A stretch of DNA of 64,000 nucleotides from Octopus vulgaris (lineage: Eukaryota). The stretch spans positions 32,612,001-32,676,000 of the forward strand of contig OX597818.1 in assembly GCA_951406725.2 (NCBI GenBank), in the 5' to 3' direction. Under the pieces are notes generated by a model. That model saw only the letters and a program-made list of their open reading frames with translations. It was not told the origin of the DNA and searched no databases. Positions 53,816 to 64,000 of this stretch are shown here, piece by piece (position 1 is the first letter of the stretch; every line of letters starts with the position of its first letter). The translations under genes and the position numbers were made by a program.

Positions 53816-55373
53816 CGAGGGTCACCTGGAAAGTTCATATGCAGACCAAGATTCTCTCACAGAATGTAACAAAATGAAGCTTATTTTTCAACATAGTTCG
53901 CCTTGCAGTTCACACATATTTTACATCGATGTTGCAGTGCTTGGATCCCTTTGGTGAAGAAGCTTTCATCTTGTTGGTCCAAAAAAGGCATCAACCGTAG
54001 ATATGACGGCATCATTAGTGCGATTCTGGTTCCCAGCCACGTGTTTTTTTCATGTTGGCTAACAGATCATTGTCAGATGGGGCAAAATCAGGAGAAGATG
54101 GAAGGTAATCAACCAGTTCAATGCCACGGTCACGCCCAGCAGCATTTGGAAGCACTGATTTGTGTATTGGAGTAATGCCCTAATGAAACACGGCCCCTTT
54201 CGTCAGTTTTCCTGAGCGTCTAATCTTGATAGCCTTTCGTAATTGCCTCAGCCAAGTTGGCACAATATACTTCACTGATGCTGTGGCCCTTTTGAAGTTA
54301 GTCAAGAAACACAATACCATTTGTATCCCCCAAATCTGAGACCATCACCTTCTCTGCAGACGAACCTAACTTGACCTTCTTTGAAGCAGGTGAGGAGGAT
54401 TGCTTACATTGTATAGATTGTCTCAGGCTCAAAGCGATGAACCCAACACTCATCCTGGCTTAGGAAACGTCCGCAGAAACCATCTGAACCTGCCTCAAAC
54501 ACTGCCAGATTTTTCCTCTATGTGATCAGCCTGGTACGCTTTTGATGTGATGTCAGAAGATGTGGCACCCGCTGATTAGAAACTCCGTCATTCCTGTTTT
54601 ATTTTGCAAAATATTCTAAACTCTGTCAGAGATATACTTATAGCATTGGCTATTTGATTTATTGTCAGTTGCCTGTCAGCTATGACCACATGTTGAACAC
54701 GATAAATGTTTTCCTCGGTGGTGGCAGTTGCAGGACGTTCGAATATAGGACGAATCAGATGTATTGTGCAAAAATGCGCCGATACTGTGGCATGATGCAT
54801 ATGGAGGATGCCAGTTGCAAAAAGGATGCCGAACGTTCTAGCTGGAGCGATCTTGGGTCATCTCTAAAATGAAGTTAGTATGCTCGACTGGATGTGTTAT
54901 ATTAATGTCTATGAATGACTGAGCTGAAATGAACCGAAGAGAAAAGCTGAATATAGGACGAATCAGATATTGTGCAAAAAGGCGGCGTAATGCGTGTGGA
55001 GGATGCCAGTTGCAAAAAAGGGTGCCGAGCGCTCTAGCTGAAGCGATCTTGGGTCATCTTTAAAACTATCCCTTCTCCTTTTAAATTTAGCCACCCACTT
55101 TTGCGCTGTTGATAAAGCTGGAACTCATTTCATTGTGTAGCAATCATGTCAGCATGAAGGTCTTTGGGGGCTAGACCCTTTTCCTACGGGTGCTTGATAG
55201 CACTACGATGCCACATTTTGTCCATTTTAAACAGAAAACGTTACAAGCTACTTCTGGAGTCTTCTTTAAACAGTAATGTGCCACTTTACCTGGAGGGAAA
55301 CAATACAGTTATCAATAAGATTTCACAACTCCAGCATCACTCCTTCATAGTCAGCCCTTTTCAACCCAAACTC

Positions 55374-55374
<1 letters not shown>
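53816..55374 (-). mobile_element. Decayed mariner with internal RTE-derived insertions
   Basis: End cgagggtcacctggaaagttc; minus-strand C-terminus RCKICVNCKANYVEK*; HTH piece RPATATTEENIYRVQHVVIADRQLTINQIA. Confidence 0.7.
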
Positions 55375-55460
<86 letters not shown>

Positions 55461-55547
55461 GTGTACGTGCGTTGAAAATGAGAACGCGCGCGTATAAATC
55501 TATAAGTATGTGCATAAATATATAAATATATTTACGACGAGATTTGT

Positions 55548-55885
55548 GATGGCGCATGACTCAGTGGCTGGAGCGCCGAGCTTACGATCGTGAGGTTGTG
55601 AGTTCGATTTCCGGACCGGGCTGCGTGTTGTGTTCTTGAGCAAGACACTTTATTTCACGTTACTCCAGTTGCCTCAGCTGTAGAAATGAGTTGCGATGTC
55701 ATTATTGCCAAGCTGTATCGGCCTTTGCCTTTCCCTTGGGTTACATCCGTGGTGTGGAGAGGGAAGGCTGGTATGCATGGGCGACTGCTAGCCTTCCATA
55801 AACAATCTTGCCCAGACTTGTGCCTCGGAGGGGAACTTTCTATGTGCAATCCCAATATCATTCATGATCGAAGAGGGTCTCCCAT
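55548..55885 (+). mobile_element. tRNA-derived SINE (body B', tail Z)
   Basis: A/B boxes; tgtgttcttgagcaagacac core; related copies at 59370-59580 (-) and 63830-64000 (+). Confidence 0.8.
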
Positions 55886-56349
55886 TTACGACGAGATTTA
55901 ATATAGTTCTCGTCTATCAAATTTACTGAAGGCTTTCATTTGTCGGTCTAGAGCTATAGTGAAAGACACTTATTTAAGATGATACATAGTGAAGTGAACT
56001 CTAAATCACGTGTGTGAGAAATGAACGTCTGAACCACACAAATATATCTGCACCTGTAAAATTTCTATATTTGAGGAAAACTTTTAATTTAAGTTAAAAA
56101 CACGACCCTGTTTTTATTCATCATTAATTCTTTTTCGATAGATCACGCTACCAACAATCACTTTTACGTAGGAATATCCGGAATAACCTATAAGGATAGG
56201 AATTTTTATATTCCAAGCCATACAAGACTGATCCAATAATATGAAATCAACCTAAAATATCATATGTGAGCATAGTTGTGTTTTTTATAACATCTACACA
56301 CACTTACGTTATACAAACACACATACATACGCAAGCACATAATACATTT

Positions 56350-56645
56350 CTTATTTTATGCGCCCTTTTCAAGCCTAGCCAGGTTCATGGGATCGATTTA
56401 CCGGTTTCTATGGCGTATGTGTCCCCCCCCCCCCAGCTGGATGGGACGCCAGTCCATCGCAGCGTTATTCAAGAAACAGGAACAGAGAGTGAGAGAAAGT
56501 TGGGGCGAAAGAGTACAATAGGGGTCAACGCTACCCACTGCCGGTGCCTCGTGGAGCTTTAGGTGTTTTCGCTCAGTAAACACATACAACGCCCGGTCTG
56601 AGAATCGAAACCGCGAGTCCTAAACACTGGGTCATTGCGCCTACA
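56350..56645 (-). mobile_element. Chimeric tRNA-derived SINE (body A + tail Y)
   Basis: 5' part matches 1347-1540 (gagcgaaaacacctaaagctccacgagg); 3' part matches 39015-39112 (gatggactggcgtccc...aaaagggcgcat). Confidence 0.8.
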
Positions 56646-57289
56646 CAGCATAAGCACATATAAATGAATATATAAGTATTACGCCTCAGATGTTTATTTG
56701 CTCTAATGTTCACTCTATGTTAGCACAAGCTCTCTCCTAATGATAATAAAAATACATTTTAATGTTCAATCATAGAAAATCCATCACATGCAATAGGCAT
56801 TTTGTAAATTGAATAGTTCAGAACCAGTAATGTAAGAACATGAAGAATTCTTAGAAGATATCCGAGAGCTGCTAAGTGTAAATCAAATGGAGTAAAATAT
56901 AAACAGTTAAGTAAATCAGGCCAGTGATCAAAACAAAATTGTAACATTTGAAGCAACGTAATGTTCCATTTGGTATTATATACTAAAATGACAATTCTCT
57001 AAAATACTAAGTACTATGGTTGGTAACAAGGAGCTGAAGGTAATAAAACAGAATGCCATAAATTAAATAGTGGAAGAAAATATTGGTTAAAAATAATAAA
57101 AAAGTGTTTATAGGGTATGTTATATGTTTAACGATAACTTTACAAGTACATACAACCCTACATGTATAAATCTTCAGATATACCCGCATTTATGCTCTTA
57201 TTTTATAGGTCAACTGATTAAAAGGCAAAAGCTTAGATAAGACGTTGCTCAGCACAGTTCCTTTTTAGAGTGTCAACTGCAGAAATACT

Positions 57290-58270
57290 TAGCTTAAAGT
57301 AAGCCATGTTACCTAGCATTTGTCAACGCGGAGAAGGTTTTTGATATAGGTTCACACCGTAATCTTGTGATTGCTTAAAAAATTAGAGTCAAAATGCCAT
57401 ATGAGAGTTATGCAGCCAGTGTGGTGAGAATTAGCAATGAGTTCTGGGAAGAATTTAGCTTTCAGATAGATATTCATCTGAGACTATTTCTCTAATCTCC
57501 TGTATATTGTAGTCTTCCAGGATAAAATGAGGTGTTTAAGAACATCCACCCGTGCGAATGCCTGCGTGCAGATGACTTAGTTCTTACGGCAGAAATTGAG
57601 CACTCACAGACGGGCTTACATGCAGAGGAGTAGCGGGTAGAAATTCCATATGGTGTAGCCAGGGAAAAGTACGAGTCTGCGAAAGATGAAGTGGGATCAT
57701 AAACAAGTCCGAAAGCGAAAGTAGACGTCATATGTGGCAGAAGCACAATATCAGTGAGAAGTTAGATTACACGCGAAATACATACTTTCAGGTACACAGA
57801 AGTCTCTTTAGAAGAAGTTAATAGATTTTGTTTCCTTGGTTATTTAATTAACAGAAATAGGTGTTCCGACAATATAGTTGCAGGATGAAAAACTTCAGAG
57901 AGCTATTATCTCTCTAAGAGTGAAAGGCAGATAGATGTTGCTTGTGCGATGCTTCATGGTAGGTCTTGAAAATGGAAGATTTATGAATGCTAAAAAGAAG
58001 CGAAGTGAGTATGCTCGACTGGATGTGTTATGTTAATGTCTATGAACAACTGAGCAGAAATGAACCGAAGAGAAAAGCTGGATATATGAAGAATCAGATG
58101 TATTGTGCAAAAATGCACCGAAACTGCGGCGTGATGCGTGTGGAGGATGCAAGCTGTGAAAAGAATGCCGAGTGCTCTAGCTGGAGCGAACCCGTAGAAG
58201 AGGGGGACTTAGGATAACATATGAAGAACTGGTCAAATATAATCTCAAGAATATGAATCTCACGAAAGAC
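57290..58270 (+). mobile_element. Decayed RTE-clade LINE reverse transcriptase region
   Basis: Remnants LAFVNAEKVFD, ADDLVLTA, EEVNRFCFLG and RSEVSMLDWMC in colinear order. Confidence 0.7.
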
Positions 58271-58357
58271 ATGTAAATGAACTACTAATAGATGGTAACA
58301 AGTAAGTTGGCGAAAGGCTTACCAGCAAACCCAAATAATAGAGTAAAACGGATCTTT

Positions 58358-58760
58358 TATACTCTGTCTTTTTCTTGTTTCCGCCATTTGACTGCGGTCA
58401 TGCTGGGGCATCGCCTCGAAGAGTTTCTGTCGAAGAAAACGACCCCATGACTTACTTTTTGAATCCTGGTACTTATATCGGTCTCGTTTCTCGAACCGCT
58501 AGTTTACGAGTACATAAACACATCACCACCGGTTGACAAGTGGTGGTAGTGGTGGGAGGGGGAAAACACAAACACAGACACACACATAGATATATACATA
58601 TATATTTATATATGGCGGATTTCTTCCATTTTGAGCCTACCAAATCCATTCACAAGGCTTTGGTCGGCCCGAAACTGTAGTAGAAAACACTTGTCCCAGG
58701 TGCCACGCAATGGGACGGAACCGAAAACCATGTGGTTGAGAAGCAAGCTTCTTACCATAG
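58358..58760 (-). mobile_element. SINE family B
   Basis: Colinear homology. Confidence 0.8.
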
Positions 58761-59369
58761 AAATTGTGGCAGTGATGGAGTTTAAGTATGTGCAATGTCT
58801 ACGCTAGGGTTTCTGGCCCCAAATATTCTTGTCGATTTGCCATTTGCTGTTGCTCCTCTCTTTCTCTCTCTACTTCATTGTTACTCTCTCGTCAATTACT
58901 CGTTCTCTCATTTATCACTACCAACCTTTCTGCCAAGTGAAAAATGGGTAATGGGACAAACGATATTCTATTCCACCGATATCAATCCTATTATTATTTT
59001 TCCGTCATGTTACCAGAGTAAAAAGAAGTAACATGGATGCTCTTGTATTAAAGAATTGCCTAGGACACTGACAACCCATCCGTACGTGGAAAATGGACGC
59101 TAAATGCCGTATGTGTGTATATAATTATATACACTCATACCTACGTGCACATGCATACATAAATATATGCATGCATTATATATAAGTATATTTTCTATTA
59201 TGTATTTACGCATACATTTCCTTGCCTATAAATGTGCGTGTGTATGTATATTATGTATTTATATGCATATATAAAAAGATATGCATTCATACGTTCTATG
59301 TATATGCATGTGTATACAAATCCGGATAAGATGATTTGTGGAAGAGTAGCAGTTGCCATTACATACCAG

Positions 59370-59860
59370 CATCCCCACCACCACGTTATCCAAGGGAAAG
59401 GCAAAGGCCGATACAACTTGGCACCAGGGGCGTAGCAATTCCTTTCTACAGCTGAGTGAGCTGGAGCAACGTGAAATAAAGTGTGTTGCTCAAGAATACA
59501 ACACACAGCTCGGTCTGGGAATCGAACTCACAGCCTCATGATTGTAAGTTCGACGCTTTAACCACTAAGCTATGCCTCTTGCACACATGTATGTATGTAC
59601 GTCTTTTACTTGTTTCTGTCTTTAGACTGCGGACATGCCGGAGCATCGCCTTAAAGGTTTTTGGTCAAACGTATCGACTCGTGTACTTACTATTTTAAAA
59701 CCTGGTGTTTATTCTATCGGGATCATTTGTCGAACCACTGTGTTATGAAATCGTAAACTAACAAAAACATTTTGTCAAGCAGTGATGGCCAACAAACACA
59801 AATACAGACACAAATGTATATACGACTGACTTCTTTCCATTTCCGTCTACTATACCCACT
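59370..59860 (-). mobile_element. Adjacent SINE fragments (B'/Z type 59370-59580; family B 3' half 59602-59860)
   Basis: Homology to the 55548 and 10677 elements. Confidence 0.7.
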
Positions 59861-59933
59861 CACAGGATATATATGTATGTACGTATGAACATATGTATGT
59901 ATGCATGCACGCATGTATGTGCACACACGAATA

Positions 59934-61801
59934 CGAGGTCAGTTCATAAAAAATGAACTTTCATAAAAGCGCGGTAGTTGGATCAGCGTATTCGCGATTG
60001 CAGCTCTGTATAATCTTTCAGTCTAATGAAAGACGGGTATTCATCACTCCACAACAGGCATTCATCCCTCCACGACAGGCATTCATCAGTCACTCGAGTG
60101 AATATACGAACAATTTTCGAGGGACAACGTGTATGTGAAATTCTATTTCCAATTTGGAAAATATTTTAGCGAAACTTTTCTATATTTTTCAAACGTGTTT
60201 TCTCCTGGCGGTCGCAGTTATTACAAGGAAGATCATCCATTTTTCAAGATATTTGGCGAGATTGGAAACTTGAATGTGAAAGTGAGAAATTATAAGGAAA
60301 AAGATGCATAGAATTCACACATTTAGGAATTCTCGAGATTTATTTAGAAATTCTTGAAATTTACAGCTGGTGTTACTCATATACAGTACTATTTCATTCT
60401 TTTTAGAAACTGACAGCATGTTTTAACCAGTAATTTATTTAGTAAACATAACAGTTGAAGTTTTTGTGCCATGTACTAGGTAACGATTATCAACAGCAAT
60501 TCAAGTTGAGATGAACGTCAATGGAATACGATTCCGAACCTGAAAGAAATTCTTCGGCAATGGACGACAGTCACACAGCGGCAGTACGTACTGTGAACCA
60601 TGGAATTATTCTTCTGATTGCTCATAAAGTTCCCTAAGTAATGTAGTCATCTGTTGAAGTTCGTGCTACATAATTTTTACCAGATAAATTAATGATACGT
60701 GGAATTACTGCAAAATCTGCGCAGTCTCTACTGTTAGATGAACAAAAGTAAATTAAAAAAAAATCGGCGGGGTGGCTGTGTGGTAAGTAGCTTGCTTACC
60801 CACCTCATCGTTCCGGGTTTATTCCCAGTGCGTGGCACCTTGGGCTAGTGTCTTCTACTATAGCCTCGGGCCGACCAAAGCCTTGTGAGGGAATTTGGTA
60901 GACGGAAACTGAAAGAATCCCATCGTATATATACATATATATATGTGTGTGTGTATATGTTTGTGTGTCTGTGTTTGTCCCTCAACATCACTTGACAACC
61001 GATGCTGGTGTGTTTACATCACCGTAACTTAGCGGTTCGGCAAAAGAGACCGATAGAATAAGTACTAGGCTTACAAAGAATAAGTCCTGGAGGCGATTTG
61101 CTCGACTAAAAAGGCCGTGCTCCAGCATGGCCGCAGTCAAATGACTGAAACAAGTAAAAGAGAAAAGAATAAATGAGAAAGAGGAACCAATTCATAGTCC
61201 ACCATTCAGTCCGAAAGATGATGAAAACTGTCATTTGAAGAAACGTGGTTGCGTGGTTATGATGGCGTAACAAAACTGCCGTCACTAGCTTTGGATCATC
61301 ACAACTGCTACAAAATAAGAGAGAAGAAAGCAAAGCACGTTGTCGTTCAAATATGAAAGTGATTTAGATTAAAAAGGTGGCCTTTGTGATAAATTTGTTG
61401 CCCGTGGTTATACGGATTATACGATCATGAAGGAGCTTTACCTGAATATCATGAAGCATCTGAGAGAAGCAGAACGAGAGAAGAGAACTAAGACGTGGTA
61501 AAATAGAGCATGGATTCTACACCAAAATAATACGCCTGTGATGTATGAATTCGTGAAAAAGTGCGAGGTTCTTGCCCCTTGCCCCACTATCGTCCAGAGG
61601 TGAACCTTTTTCTCTAAAACGTTGTCGATTTCAGACAATAGAAATTTGACTACGAGAACTACGCATTAAATCAGAAGACATGTTGCAGAACGCGTTTTAA
61701 AAATTGAGAATCGACGGGGTGTAATAAGAGTGGCGAGCACCATACAGAAGAGTAGACTGATTTATTTCCAAAAAGTTCGTTTTCGTTTTAGACAGACCTC
61801 A
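59934..61801 (+). mobile_element. Decayed mariner interrupted by SINE B and other sequence
   Basis: Imperfect TIRs cgaggtcagttc...gaacttt / aaagttcgttttc...acagacctca; remnants QRVCxKFYFQFGKYFSETF (60122-60180) and YLNIMKHLREAEREKR...WILHQNNTP (61439-61537). Confidence 0.65.
60767..61170 (+). mobile_element. SINE family B, well preserved
   Basis: Colinear homology; CpGs intact. Confidence 0.88.
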
Positions 61802-63829
61802 TATTAAAGGCCCAAAATGCTATCAGGTCGCTGCCGAATGCGGTACTTTTTCTCTATGGCAAGCCGCTTCATATGTTCCAAACATATTTAAAATGATCAG
61901 AAGTTCATTTATTTTATACTAATTATTTGTGGGCCACTCATCTATTGTTTCTGTCTGGCCGCCGAAGCGCGCAGTGTGTAGATAATTTTTGATAATTTCC
62001 TATGAGAAAGTTAAGTTTCCTAGTCACTTTGATCTGCTGCTTTGGTATCTAGTACTGAAAAGAGAACAAAAAGCGTGAAATGCTTTTCACCAGTCCATGG
62101 GGTGCGCTCTGAACTGATTTTGCAGTCATTCCCTTTAGCGAGGCTTCTTTGCCCGTTGCAAACGGTAACAAAATTGCATCTTTAAGGGTCAAATTTGTTC
62201 AAAACATTTGAACCGATTTAAAGTTATTGTTTTACACCACCACTTTGCACGCCACACATATTTTGTCCCGGCCTGGCTGCCGAAGCGGGCATTCGGTAGA
62301 AATCACGATAGAGTGCTATATACTGTACATAGCGCCACGTTATTTATCAGATGTTTTAACCTCACAATTCCTTAATCCAAATTTCGCGTTGCCGAACTTA
62401 AGAAGATAGTGAAATATAAAACAGGAATTTTACTATACAATAAATGTATTGCAAAAGTGTCGAATTTCATAGTAAACTTTGGTTGCACTGTATGCAATAA
62501 AGAATACTTGGTGGATGGCAAACATATGGGTTGTTTGAATAATAGAAAGAGTGAAGCTTCGACATTTAGAAAGGAAGAGATTAATATCTGCAACACGATT
62601 ACGATTATATAATAAGGTTCTTAAGCTTCAAAATTTAGAACAGCTTTTAAATAAAAATAATTCTATTTAATTTCCCTAGAATTACTTTAAAATATGACAG
62701 CAAAATTCATCACAGAGAATTGATTCTTCAGTAATGTAACAAAAAAGGAAAGAAAGAAAATAAAACTCGAGTTCGTGTCTTTTTTCATAAACGACGCGTG
62801 ACTCAATTATTCTTATAGAAATATATTTTAAATATTTATACCTTATGAAAATAGTGATAACAAATATATGAACAATAATACTATTAATATTGTTCGCTAC
62901 CGACAACTGAAATAATACGACTTTTGAGATACTAATATATAAATAGCTGAATAAAGTGAGAGAAAATGATATTGTTGAAGAACAGTATACAGTATAATCA
63001 TATTGTGAGTATATTACAGAGATGTCACATCGTATTTTACTTCAGCTTTCTGCTGGGGGTAAAAATATCGAATGAGATATCTAACGAGATGATGAATATA
63101 GAACTATATCTATAACATTCATTCTGATATTCTTTAGCTTTCAAGGTTGTATATCTCATTTCGTACATTCTTACTGACAGCTAACATCTTTAATACTATA
63201 TCCCAGTATTTGACAGTATACATTACTCTAATTTTGGACTACAACTGTCAGAACTGATGATTGTTTTTAATCATTCATCGCCTTCCTTTTTTATCGCTTT
63301 ATTTTTGCAAAACATAGCCTTCTTATTAAGTATATAGTATTCTGACCGAGCGACACAGGCCTTTTGACATTCGCTGCTCTTTCTTTTTTGCTACGCTACA
63401 TCACCAATAAATAGTTTTACTTAGACCCTGATCAGACGATATAAAGTACAGCCGTCATCAGAAACAGTTTTTTCAAGACCATCCAATCCATTTCAAACTA
63501 AATACATCTAGTTTCCTTAATGTAAGATGATAGCTAACTTGAGGAAAATTGTCCTGAGATTTGTAACAAGATGGTAGGAAGTAATAGCAAAGTGCGTAAG
63601 AGAAACCCCGCATAAGGAGCTATACAATGGTAATCCAAAATGCCTTTCCCAATGAAACGAATGATTGACTGTAGCCATATATTGTGAATGCTTCCTCCCC
63701 CGGAGTCATATCACGATAACTGATCAATGTCTACAAATTATGGACGAACCAGAAACGATGGAAAGTATTGATACAATGAAGTGTAAGGATGTTACTGAAT
63801 CATATTAAAAGATGGCTAGCATATATGAT

Positions 63830-64000
63830 GTGAAGGCGCATGGCTCAGTGGTTAGAGCGTCGAGATTACGATCGTGAGGTTGTAAGCTTGAATCCCGGAC
63901 CGGGCTGTGTGTTGTGTTCTTGAGCAAGACACCTTATTTCACATTGCTCCAGTTCACTCAGTTATAGAAATGAGTTGTGACGTCACTGGTGCCAAGCTGT
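63830..64000 (+). mobile_element. tRNA-derived SINE (B'/Z type), truncated by window end
   Basis: ggcgcatggctcagtggttagagcg...tgtgttcttgagcaagacac. Confidence 0.85.

Overview
Eukaryotic, AT-rich, microsatellite-dense genomic DNA. The repeat landscape of tRNA-derived SINEs carrying TA/TG microsatellites and many mariner relics suggests an octopod cephalopod (inference). The only supported protein-coding gene is the 3' part of a PTK7/off-track-like receptor pseudokinase on the + strand. It has 8 phase-consistent GT-AG exons (1102-1249, 4787-5053, 12336-12487, 27846-27966, 31197-31370, 33336-33584, 42385-42617, 43826-44404; 1923 nt = 640 aa + stop) encoding the last Ig domains, a TM helix, a Ser/His-rich juxtamembrane region and a kinase fold with DFG replaced by LLS. 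The 5' exons lie upstream of the window. The rest is intronic or intergenic: several DD34D-type mariner relics, a hAT MITE, LINE fragments (Tx1/L1-like, RTE-like, CR1-like, RLE/R4-like) and at least five SINE types. The most notable observations are: (i) a tRNA-headed SINE whose tail contains a degenerate Penelope-type minimal hammerhead ribozyme and whose 5' end is a hairpin; (ii) a SINE sharing its tail with a Tx1/L1-like LINE and repeatedly found joined into its own family at the same GGTATTT site; (iii) a second SINE-LINE tail pair and modular SINE shuffling; (iv) several locally templated insertions and duplications that preserve empty TE sites; (v) a CpG-depleted domain over the gene's 3' end. 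Nearly all ORF-track entries are microsatellite artefacts.
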